From Octopus vulgaris (taxonomy: Eukaryota): a DNA stretch of 64,000 nt. Shown one piece after another: positions 52,966 to 64,000 of this stretch. Under the pieces are notes generated by a model. It did no database searches, had not been told where the DNA came from, and worked only from the letters and a program-made list of their open reading frames with translations. Each line of letters starts with the position of its first letter. Position 1 is the first letter of the stretch. A program made the position numbers and the translations under genes. The stretch is taken from contig OX597819.1 in NCBI GenBank assembly GCA_951406725.2, positions 81,840,001 to 81,904,000 of the forward strand, in the 5' to 3' direction.

Positions 52966-53115
52966 GTAAATATTTATTTCGTATATTTTTCACTTGTTTA
53001 TTACTTTGGTTTTGTTGAGTTTGATCTGAGAACATAAACTTTTTTGCGGAGAATGGCGATTTGACGTCTATATCTAGCATGTTGACTGTCCACTTTTCGT
53101 GTGCAGTCCTTAATT

Positions 53116-53175
<60 letters not shown>

Positions 53176-53182
53176 GATACAT

Positions 53183-53213
<31 letters not shown>

Positions 53214-53895
53214 TACACATACATATATATATATATAAATGTATGTGTGTTGTTATAGAGTTAATTAGAATTATATATATGAATCCCCATCAAATGGTTT
53301 CGCCAACCAATTTTGTTTTGTTGACTATATTTATCAGTAGATGAACAAAGAAAAAACCCCAGAACAACAACAAAACAACGTGCAATGTCTAAGAAATAGT
53401 AAGTGCATACAAATGTATTGGTACAAATTTTTATCAATATGCAGGATCTAATATGGTTATGTGATATGCAGTATAGAAAAGGGAAAATATCAGATGAAAA
53501 TGAATACATTTGTGTGCGACGTGCCTTATAAATTCTAGAAGAGAAAATCCAATAGATTATATCTAAACAAATATTCAAATTAGAGCTATTTTATTTACAG
53601 AAAGTAAGGTCTGATATTTATAGAAGAAGATAAATAGAATATGGAGTCACAAGATTGCATACTGTATGACTTTAAAATATGTGCGTGTTTCAAAGGAAAC
53701 ATTTCAGTAAATGGTTATATTTCCATTATTGATTCTCTTGCACAAATTATGTCTGTATTTATACTGTATTTAAAATGCTTATGCTCTACTTTAAATAGTA
53801 GACTAGATTTCAAAATAAATGTGCATGAATTATCTGTATACGGTGTATAAAAAGCGACTACGCCTAACTTCAGAGGAATTATATAAACATAAATG

Positions 53896-54330
53896 CTGTA
53901 GTACCTCGGTTTTCAAACACCTCTGATCGCAAATAAATCGTGCTTTATATATATACACTTGCGTCAGAAATTAATTAGCTCTTCTCAAATTTCTACATTA
54001 AATAGGTTAAATCAATTAACCTATGAGCTGTTCAAAACGTCTTACGCGATGAGAAAACTTAGTATGGTGTGATTTCGGTCCTTGCGAGGCGCTACCTATA
54101 TCTATTAAACAAAGGAATTTGTCTGCATCCGCACTCCAAGTTGTTGTTGCACTGCTATGTCAACATCATAAGGCTGTAGATTCTCAAACTGCTCTGCAAA
54201 CAAAGTTACGTCATCGTTCTGCGCAACAGTGAACTCGCAACAAAGCAATAGTTCGAGATATGGCCACTAGGTGACAGCACATACCTTGAGTGAAGAGCAA
54301 ATCAAGGGTGCTAATTAATTTCTGACGGTA

Positions 54331-54383
<53 letters not shown>

Positions 54384-54662
54384 TTATATTCTTTAAGTGT
54401 TATTTCGTGATGTGTAAACTGATACCATGAGTTCACTGTCAGATATACTCATTAGGTTATTTTTATATTATCTGAAATAGAATACCCGCATATCGATTAA
54501 TCCCCCCAAATTGAATACTGACTTTTATCAGATATTTTGCATATTTATAGATAAATATATAAATATACGATAAACAAGACCCCAAAGTACGATATGTAGA
54601 TGCACATAACGTTGTAGGGTTACAGCTGGTTGATTTGGAAATTTGTTTTCCCAAATTATTTG

Positions 54663-54714
<52 letters not shown>

Positions 54715-54838
54715 GTTTATTCCTGATCAGAGGCGTTCATAAACCGTGGTACTACTGTATCAAATGAATATGAGAAAGATTGAAGATAAAGTACGATTTA
54801 TTCGTGATCAGATTTCTTCGAAAACCGAGGTTCTACTG
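53896..54838. mobile_element. pogo/Tigger-like non-autonomous DNA transposon
   Basis: Left TIR CTGTAGTACCTCGGTTTTCAAA and right TIR TTCGAAAACCGAGGTTCTACTG followed by TA. A second right-type TIR ends at 54757. Confidence 0.7.
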
Positions 54839-54859
54839 TACATATAATTTTCAAATTTC

Positions 54860-55990
54860 CTTAGGTCTGTGTTTTCATAAGAATTTCTTCCGAAAGAATT
54901 GATAGGTGAACGACTAAGAAGTGATATTAAAAAATGGTCATTTAAGGATGCTATACATTCAATGAATTTCAATAAAACAAACATACACCTGTTGAGACAT
55001 TATTTTCTGTCTCCAATATTTTCTATTACCGTCTCAGATATATATGGATTGAGATGTTTTGCATTAAGTTTGGTATTTACTGAAGAGCCGCTTCAATTAA
55101 TTTTGAAACAATTAAGCAAGTTGGTTCCTAGTTTCATCAGAGATGACATAGATTCCTAAACCACATTCAGGAAAAAGTAATTATAGAAATGATCTTAGTT
55201 TCGAAGTGACCAGCCTCTACACAAATATCCCCTATGGATTCGGATTAGAACCATTAGAAATTTCCATTGGCAGTCACTCATAATTCAGGAGAGGTTCTCA
55301 AAAGAATTTATAGAAGGATTACAATTTGTGCGAGAAAACTACTTATTTGATAACCAATGTTTCCTTCAATAAAGAAGGATGGTAACAGGTAGAACAATTG
55401 CACTCACGTTTGCAATACTAGTGATGAAATTTCTTGAAGAAAATTCCACGTCGGATCCGGGATTACTTTTCATCAATATTTCCAACCCTGTTTAAAGGAT
55501 AACTGGAAAAGATTCTTCGATGACTACTTCATATTTTGAAACAGAAGCAAGAAATATATTATAAGCTTTCTGAAATTAATAATAGCATTCATGAATCAAT
55601 ACAATTCATAATGGAAATGGATAAAAGGAAATTTATTTTTTGGGCATTATGGTAATTAAGGAAAACGAGATTATTACAACCGATCTCTCCTTCAAGGACG
55701 TGGATGTACACCGATACTTCCCCACTCCCATATTAAAAGAAACGTTTATTTAATCTGGGAAAATGTATATGGTTAGTGGTTACGGAATCTGGTACACGAG
55801 AGGAGAGGTATGACTGGCAGAGCTACAATTAGTCCCTTAGAAACAAAAAATATTCTGAAAGCTTAGTTAATCAGGCCATAACCAAGGCAAACGAAATCTC
55901 AATCCATGACTTATGGAAAGACCTCCGCAATAACATGAAGACAAAAAATATACACATTCCATTTGCAGTAACCTATAATGCTGGAAACCA
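54860..55990 (+). mobile_element. Decayed Penelope-like RT
   Basis: SFIRDD, VTSLYTNIP, FDNQCFLQ, NWKRFFDD, HESIQF and TTDLSFK motifs in order, with stops and frameshifts. Confidence 0.75.
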
Positions 55991-55994
55991 TGCT

Positions 55995-56097
55995 AAATCA
56001 GACTGGAACCTGGAGCATCTCTCTGGCTCATCAACTCCAGTTAAACCGTCTAACCCATGCCAGTATGGAGAGTGGACGTTAAATAACGATGATGATG

Positions 56098-56099
<2 letters not shown>
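55995..56099 (+). mobile_element. RTE-type 3' tail of a SINE/LINE
   Basis: AACCGTCTAACCCATGCCAGTATGGAGAGTGGACGTTAAATAACGATGATGATGAT. Confidence 0.6.
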
Positions 56100-56153
<54 letters not shown>

Positions 56154-56492
56154 CCAAATAATTTCCCGATTTCCCTTGCATACACATTCTAAGGTCATAG
56201 AATAAGTCTGCTAGCTAGCAGGTGGTTTATAGCACTCTACTACAAACCACATTACTCCTCCACCACACATATCACTAGTATCATCATTATTAATTTTATC
56301 TCTTGGCAATTGTCATGGTTATCGATTTTATCGTCTTTCTCTTTCGTCTACTTAATGTTGTCGCTGGTGAATATGGTAAACTGAAATAAAATTTCACCCA
56401 TCAAACGAAATTTAGTACCAGTGACAATGCTGTACTGATCGACCACTCTGAGAATCTTTAGTCAAGATAAACTGATTTGGTATGTATTGCCC

Positions 56493-56762
56493 CTTCTTCT
56501 TCTTCTTCTTCTTCTTCTTCTTCTTCTTCTTCTTCTTCTTCTTCTTCTTCTTCTTCTTCTTCTTCTTCTTCTTCTTCGTCGTCCTCCTTCTCCTCCTCCT
56601 TCTTTTTCTTCTTCTTCTTCTTCGTCGTCGTCGTCGTCGTCGTCCTCCTTCTCCTCCTCCTTCTTTTTCTTCTTCTTCTTCTTCGTCGTCGTCGTCGCCT
56701 TCCTCCTCCTCCTCCTCCTCCTCCTTCTTCTTCTTCTTCTTCTTCTTCTTCTTCTTCTTCTC
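56493..56762. repeat. Compound (TTC)n/(TCC)n/(TCG)n trinucleotide tract
   Basis: Polypyrimidine-rich simple repeat. Confidence 0.97.
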
Positions 56763-57232
56763 TATCCTCCCCACATAATCTCTGTACTAATTATTCAACT
56801 CCTAACCACACTTTTATTTACTTTTTCTTTTCTCCCGATATAACCACCCCCAAAGAACAACAAAAAATATCTGGAAGATACACAACGTAAAGGTGTACCT
56901 TTGATGTAAGTATGATGAAGCGCCACCCTAATGTCTAATACTGCACACATTACGTTAATTTTCACTTCGAATTTTTCCGCAAACTGGTGTTGCAAGCAGA
57001 GTTGGTACAGAAACAACTGTAACGAATCCTTAAAGATGTGTTAAAGGATTTGTCTTATCATTATTTAGATTATAATCTACTATTTGCAAAACCCACACAA
57101 TGGTGTTACTGTTGTGAAACCCGAATTTTCTACACTAGGAGAATTTCGGTATTGGTCTAGAATCCGGCAGTTTTGATAGCCCAGTACTCAGACTGTGTGC
57201 TTCTCTGGAAATCCCTTACCTTTATACCCTAC

Positions 57233-57292
<60 letters not shown>

Positions 57293-57825
57293 AGTGAGAG
57301 AGAGAGATGTATGCATGCTTGTAGTGCCTGTGGTAATCTTACTGTTATTTTGAAAATTGTAAGATTATTGGAAGTTTAAAGAGAACTGTAAATGCATATT
57401 TTCATTTAAAGTTGTATTTTGTGGGGAATATTCGAATTTTTAGATGGTGTGAAACCTACATAGGCAGTATTGAATGTGTAGTCTTTGGATAAAACATCTC
57501 TGAATGTTATAAAGCCTGTTATACACTTGCCACCTCTTCTGTCTTCAGAGTTGATATCTACTGTAAAAATACCCACTAACTATGGAACTAGATCAAGCAA
57601 ATAATTTACCTATAATATTATTCTGAAAGTGCATGACTCCGTTGGAAAGCTTTAACAAATCTTAAAACAATATATTGCATTCCTATTTCCTTAAAAGTGA
57701 AAAGTTCATTAGGATAGACTTGAATCTGTAGTCCCAGTAAACGACGTCTAGTAGCTGATTAATGAAGCTGTGGGTTCTCAAAAATAAATAGATAAACAAA
57801 ATTATCAGTAATATAGGTTCAAGTT

Positions 57826-58078
57826 GCGGAGGCGCGTGGCTTAGTGGTTAGGGTGTCAGCATCATGATCGTAAGACTGTGGTTTCGATTCCTGGACCGGG
57901 CGACGCGTTGTGTTCTTGAGCAAAACACTTCATTTCACGTTGCTCCAATCTACTCAGCTGGCAAAAATGAGTAACGCTGCGATGGACTGGCGTCCCATCC
58001 ACCTAGGGAACACATACGTCTTAGACACCGGGCCCATGAGCCTGGCTAGGCTTTAAAAGGGCGCATTTATTACTTATT
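57826..58078 (+). mobile_element. tRNA-derived SINE family C, full length with TSD
   Basis: GTGGCTTAGTGGTTAGG (A box), GTTTCGATTCC (B box) and GATGGACTGGCGTCCCATCCA block. 15-bp TSD ATATAGGTTCAAGTT at 57811-57825 and 58079-58093. Confidence 0.9.
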
Positions 58079-58094
58079 ATATAGGTTCAAGTTA

Positions 58095-58230
58095 AAATGT
58101 TCACTTTGAAACCTTTTGGCTTTTGGTTCGGTCTCACTGCAAGTGTCTTTCCCTATAGACTCAAGTGGATTAATGCCTAGACTGAAATTTGGTAGACAGA
58201 AGCTGTATGAAATCCCGTCGTGTGCATATA
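58095..58230 (+). mobile_element. Decayed SINE family A head fragment
   Basis: GGTTCGGTCTCACTGCAAGTGTCTT...TTTGGTAGACAGAAGCTG...CCCGTCGT. Confidence 0.65.
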
Positions 58231-58282
58231 CATACATGCACAAAGACATACACACATATGCATGAATGCATATATATATATG

Positions 58283-58315
<33 letters not shown>

Positions 58316-58316
58316 A

Positions 58317-58354
<38 letters not shown>

Positions 58355-59125
58355 TATTGTTGTGTGTGGGGAGTCATACTACTTTATATCTAACACTCCG
58401 ATAACGGATAGACTCAACATCCATTGACAATATTGCAAAAGAGCAACGAAAATTTTGAAAAAGAAAAAATGTAAATAATAAATGAGTGGAAATTGAACCG
58501 GTGAGTGTGTAGGATATTAAGGAGTATGACTCTCTCCAGACACAAGAACATTTGTTTCAACACACGAATTCCCATGAAGAATCTAGCAAACCAGATACAA
58601 GATGAAATATATATATGTATATATACATACATACACACATGCATACATATAGATATAAATATGTGTGAGTGTATGTTTACCTTTGCTTAACCCCTGTATG
58701 GTTGATGTAACTAAACAGAGCGGTTGGACAAATACACATTAACAAAATATTTACCAAACTTAAAGAATAATTACTAGGGTTGATATGTTCACCTAAGCCA
58801 GCGAAGACGGTGATCAAGCATAGTCACAATCCAATAACCAGTAAAAGGCTAACTAAATAAAAATAGGCAAATGCTATAATTTCATTTAATTTATTTATAG
58901 TGTTATAATTACAATTACCTTGCAATATTTACAAATATGTCTGACACAGTTGCATCTTTAATTAAGCCCTGACTCCTGCTTAGTCTTAATACATGTTTTC
59001 ATATTTGCACACGCAAACACACTCTTTCACACATATGTGTGTACATACTGATAGGCGTAAATATATGCATACATATATTTAGGCTATAGCGTTTTCCCGT
59101 TTTTGTATCGAAACCAACGAACGAT

Positions 59126-59161
<36 letters not shown>

Positions 59162-59327
59162 GAGAGAGAGAGAGAGAGAGAGTAAGAAAAGAGAGAGAGA
59201 GAGAGAGAGAAAGAAAAGAGAGAGAGAGAGAGAAGGAAGACAGAGCAAGATGGAAGAAAGAGCTAAGAAAGGGAAATGGGCATATAAACATACGCATACA
59301 TCTCTGCATATGATTGTCTTCAATAAA

Positions 59328-59382
<55 letters not shown>

Positions 59383-62013
59383 GGCTTGTATCGTTGCCAA
59401 GCAACTCTAGTAAGGTCAGAAATACAATGAAATGTACCAACTCTTGCAAAACCTTTTGATCAAAATAATTCAGTAGCTAATAGGAATCGGTATGTTATTA
59501 AACAAATATTCAAAGCTAAACTAGCATGCAAGAGAGGTCAGAAAAAGGAAAACATTTTCGCCATATTAGATTCCTTAAATTAGGTACTTAGATAAAGAAA
59601 TAACAACGAAATACATGCTACAGAGAAGAAATCCTGTTAGGAAACTGACGAGTGATTAGAATCAAAGAAGTTATTTTCAATATTGAAAGCTACTAATATT
59701 ATCATAACTTCAGCTATTCATCTAAATTGGATAAGGAAGCCTTCATCTCCATAAAGCGTACCTTCACCTAATCCTGCAGCTATGGAAAATCAAGCAGTAA
59801 AGATTGCCAAGTTGATTTCATTCCAAATATCTCTAAGAAATATATTAAACTATCCTATCACTTGCTGTCTTTCCGAAAAAGTGTCGTATATTGAGAATAT
59901 GTCTGCTGGCAATCATTTATAATAAAATATTATTGCCAAACCGAATACTTGAACTCTACTTCCTTTTCTTTATTGTATTTTCAATGTTTTTTTTATAAGA
60001 GGATTTCTACTTAGAAAATTTACCAAGGGCAAATATTTCATGTGTTCAATTCGTATAAAATAACTTGCTTTAAGACTGAAAGAATACTTATAAATATCAA
60101 AAGCTAGCACATACCAAAATAAAATATCCAACAATCTACTTGTGGATGACGTTCCTCATGTAATGAAAGCTTTTTGAAGATCTTCAAGACATTGTATTTT
60201 CCAATTATAATCTATAGTTAGGGATAAGTAAAAGAGAGAAATTTCTGCTAAAATTCCCATTAAAATGGCACCTCACTCACAGCAAAAATATCAGGTATGA
60301 AGTATTACCGAGTATGAGAAACAACAGACAAGTTTTAGCCTTTTACTTAAGCTCTTATACTTATGTATAATTTTCAAACCAGGTAAGAATACCAGATTTG
60401 AAAAGTGTCCTTGGTTTAAAAAGGCATTCCTTATATATTTCCTTAAAACAAGTTAAAAATCTAAAATTATAAAATTTTCATACAGAAGAGATTGTCAACC
60501 GTAGCTTATGGATACACGAAAATATATGTGAATTTCTTCATAATACTTCTACTGCTGTGTGCCGTGTCAGCAACTTGAAAGGAACACCAAATAGTATCAG
60601 ACTATAACTGCGTTATATGAATTATGTCGAAAGAACCTAAAATCACAAACTACTGACAGGCTAGCTTCCCACCCTTACTCCTGCTTTCTCTCTTTCCTGA
60701 TATCAGTTTCTTTTGAGCCTGATCTGATCATGAATTTCATTATATGTAACTTGGTGTTGCGGGCGTATGCGCATGACGCTTGATGAAAGCGTTCAAAAAT
60801 TTTTGTTTTTCGTTAAAGCGTCCGGGCTTCACATGCGTAGAAGAGGGTTGTTAGAATAGCCACTTTCTAAACCATGAACTTAGTGCATGTTTTATATCCT
60901 TTTCAACTGAAGGCTGCTTGCACAAGGCGAATATGATCTGAGATTTCCCGAATATAGGAGTATCCTTTTTATAGATGCCCCTTTACATAGAAATAAGTCA
61001 CTTGTAAAATAGAGACGTTATGAATTTGAAATTGAGCCTTTGGCTTCAGTGTATTCAAATAATAAGTTTTAAACCAAGCATTTGCACTTCTGTGAAAAGT
61101 AACCTTAAGGACTTCAGGACTGTACTCTCTGACGACGTTATCACCAGAATATTGACGTTCAGGAGAAGCATGGATGCTTTGAGCTTCCGAACGATGAAAA
61201 CACTCTCATTAAAATGCTACCTGATGGGAATTCCAGCTGAAATATATGTTATTGATTACAATATAACTGAAAGATATAAACAATGTAGGAACAAGAAATT
61301 TGGTTTGTTTAACATCCATTCCAGTAAGGAAAGAGGAAGAAAAGTTTTCTCTTGTAGAGTTTCTGCTCTGTTACATCTTCACAGAGAACGTTGAAAACTT
61401 GTAAGAAGCGAGAGATATTCGAAATATTAAAAATATCTTCTACATGGGATCAGGTGGTACTGAATAGAAAGCCATAATAAAATTGTCGAAAACTGCACAG
61501 AGAATGAATTTGTTTTAGGGACTTTTCTTAAATCTGCCTCAAGGACCCTGAAGTGCTTATATCTATCAGTGGATGATACAGTGCACATAATCTCTCACTG
61601 ATCTCTGATCATTGTACACTAGAAGAAAAAGTTATGTTGTCGAGAGCGCCTCATTTTCTGGCTTGGTATCAAGATCGTTCCATGTCAAACCCTGAATGAG
61701 GAGAGCATGCCATGCAGAAATGAGTGAATATCGGGAGACGATCTTCAGTAATAATCGGAACACATCATAGACTTCAACAGCAATTTTCCTGTTACTAGCG
61801 GATAAACGTCTGCAACACACATGCACATGCGAGCGCACGCACATGTACGTATGCACATTTATATACTAATACATATGTAGAATAATCTAATCATACACAC
61901 ATACCTATACACTCATACATGCACACACATATTCTCATTATATCTTGTCTGAGGAACCAGCTAGACATTGGGACAACACCAGTGTAACGGACAACTGGAT
62001 CAACCGAAATATT

Positions 62014-62044
62014 ACACACACACACACACACACAGACAAACATA

Positions 62045-62112
<68 letters not shown>

Positions 62113-62207
62113 TATATATACATATATATATGTATATATATATATGTGTGTGTATATATGTGTATATATATATGTGTGTGTATATATATATATATAAAAA
62201 TAAATAA

Positions 62208-62269
<62 letters not shown>

Positions 62270-62270
62270 A
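62014..62270. repeat. Compound CA/TA/GA microsatellite
   Basis: Direct simple repeats. Confidence 0.95.
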
Positions 62271-62979
62271 GAGAAACTGAGCGGTAGAGAGGGAAAGAGA
62301 ATAGTCTCTTACGCTTGAGTGGGTTACTCATTTTCAATTTACATACCAGGCTTCAAACCAATTTTCTGAAAGTTTTGGTCGTATAGATAGACTCAAATAG
62401 GCATTTCAAGAACTTCAGGAAGTTGTAAACCTGCCAGCTATCAATTTATTAAAACCGTACAAATATATCAAGTAATGAATTCCATGCTTGCATTGGTTGC
62501 TTCAAAATAGATCTGCAGACTTGGTCTCTTCTGCTCCATTATCTTCGAAACAATTGCTATTTAGCTAAAAATTGCTTGAAAATCATCCAAACGTTTGTAA
62601 TATTCTTTTAATCGGTTCAAATTATATTTCGTATTTTTTCATAAATCATTTAATGTGGGGCCGTGTTAAGGCAAACTGTTGCCCTAGACACAGCTTAAAA
62701 TAGTTTTCCTCAAACCTTTCATTGTTTAACTGACAAGACATTAAAGGCATATGACTGGTTAATGTAATGCAGTAGATTAAAAATTCTGATGTTTATTTTT
62801 ATGTTCAATTATAATAAAAACAATTTTACACTAATTTGATACGTTACTCCATACATCTTTAGAGTACAAAATTAATATTCTTAAATAAGAATATTCTTGA
62901 CAGCAACTTCGAAAATTCAGCCAGTTCAACCTGGCTGAGATTTCGAAATCCCTGTCAATAACATTCTTGTTTATGAATA

Positions 62980-62981
<2 letters not shown>

Positions 62982-63010
<29 letters not shown>

Positions 63011-63115
63011 TGTATGTATGTATGTATGTATGTATGTATGTATGCATGTATGCATGTATATATGTATGTATGCATGTATGCATGTATATATGTATGTATG
63101 TATGTATGTGTGTAT
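62982..63115. repeat. (TATG)n microsatellite
   Basis: Direct simple repeat. Confidence 0.95.
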
Positions 63116-64000
63116 ACACACGCACATACACGAGCGCGCACACATATATACATATATCAGTTTGATTCCACATAAGTATCCTGTGCGTGTTGGATGTGTC
63201 TATTTTGTCAGATTTTTGGAGTCAGAGTGGAGAATTTGAAGGCAGTTCAAATTGGTCAACTGGCGTTCCTTGGATATAAAATACTATCAAAGAGACATCA
63301 GTTATTTTCTTTGTTTTTAGGTCCATATACTGCAGACAGGATGTTGGCAAGAAGCTGGCGTCACTTTTATGATAGGCTGCTATTTGATATGTCTGGTGAC
63401 ATCATCAGTTCCTTGTATTGGGTGTCGTATGTAGTGGGATAGACAAGATTAGTCATCATTTTGTGGAGTTATAACGATTTAGCGACAGCACCCGTTACAT
63501 AAGAATAACTGTTTAATGACGTTGAGTTACAATTGAGAACAGGCTACCAACGTGAGTAGACTGTAGTCTATAGGGGCATCAGAGATTAAGTAATCTGGCT
63601 TGTGTGTGTGGTGGGGTTAACTGGGCTTAGTGTAAAGTATTCAGGTTGCCGGCAGCCTGAGGCTTGAAGGTTATTAACAGAGCGTTCCTCTGTTGGTAAT
63701 AATTGGATAACTCATTTTTCTTATTGATGGATGCTTCGGGTTGGTGGAATATACGCAGTTTCTCGTGGAGGGAGAGTTAATTAATAAATTATAGGATACA
63801 AGAAACTAAAGAAAGACACTGCGAATAATACTCCATTTGATGCAGATTTAAGTCATTTCAGTAATTCTGGATTCTCAGGATGGAGCGGAAGAGGGAGGTG
63901 AAATTTTTCTTATTCCTATATCTGAAGGTATGTATTTGTGTGTATCTTCACTGAAAGTTATTGATTGTCATATCTGTGCAGTGTTTTGAAATGCTGAAAT

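Larger units (their letters stand above)
51516..53124 (+). repeat. Tandem array of 3.2 x 505/506-bp units, each full unit with a hammerhead (retrozyme-like)
   Basis: Units start at 51516, 52022, 52527 and 53033 and differ at only a handful of positions. The array ends in (TA)n. Confidence 0.97.

Noticed and set aside
51781-53037. Three repeated 81-aa ORFs in the tandem array
   Set aside because: GTG start, no recognisable domain, and they overlap the hammerhead. Repetition simply reflects the array.
51516-53124. CRISPR-like array
   Set aside because: Units are contiguous 505/506-bp repeats with no unique spacers, in a eukaryotic context with no cas genes.
57826-57900. tRNA genes at SINE heads (also 19435 and 34930)
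   Set aside because: A/B boxes are present but there is no proper cloverleaf or terminator, and they continue into SINE bodies with TSDs.
61020-61394. 124-aa ORF and nearby 61632-61856 ORF
   Set aside because: No recognisable motif or convincing gene structure. May be decayed transposon or random sequence.

Overview
AT-rich, microsatellite-saturated eukaryotic DNA, most likely intronic or intergenic. The SINE repertoire resembles octopus (cephalopod) families, which is an inference. No intact, recognisable host gene, true tRNA/rRNA gene or CRISPR array is supported, and most listed ORFs are translations of simple repeats. The window is a mosaic of mobile elements: three tRNA-derived SINE types (two copies with clean 15-16 bp TSDs), fragments of CR1-, RTE-, L1/Tx1-, R4/Dong- and Hero-type LINEs, three decayed Penelope-like elements (PLEs), a full-length but dead mariner inside a hAT fossil, non-autonomous Helitrons, a pogo-like MITE and several fold-back elements. 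The most notable signal is a near-identical 505/506-bp tandem array (51516-53124) in which every full unit carries a complete type I hammerhead ribozyme fold, i.e. a candidate non-LTR retrozyme / circular-RNA locus. Further unrelated hammerheads occur at 6810-6891, 21577-21657 and 36382-36471. Also of interest are an apparently ORF1-only (HAL1-like) tandem retroelement at 23563-25965 and a highly structured non-coding element inserted in (AAT)n at 44704-45260.
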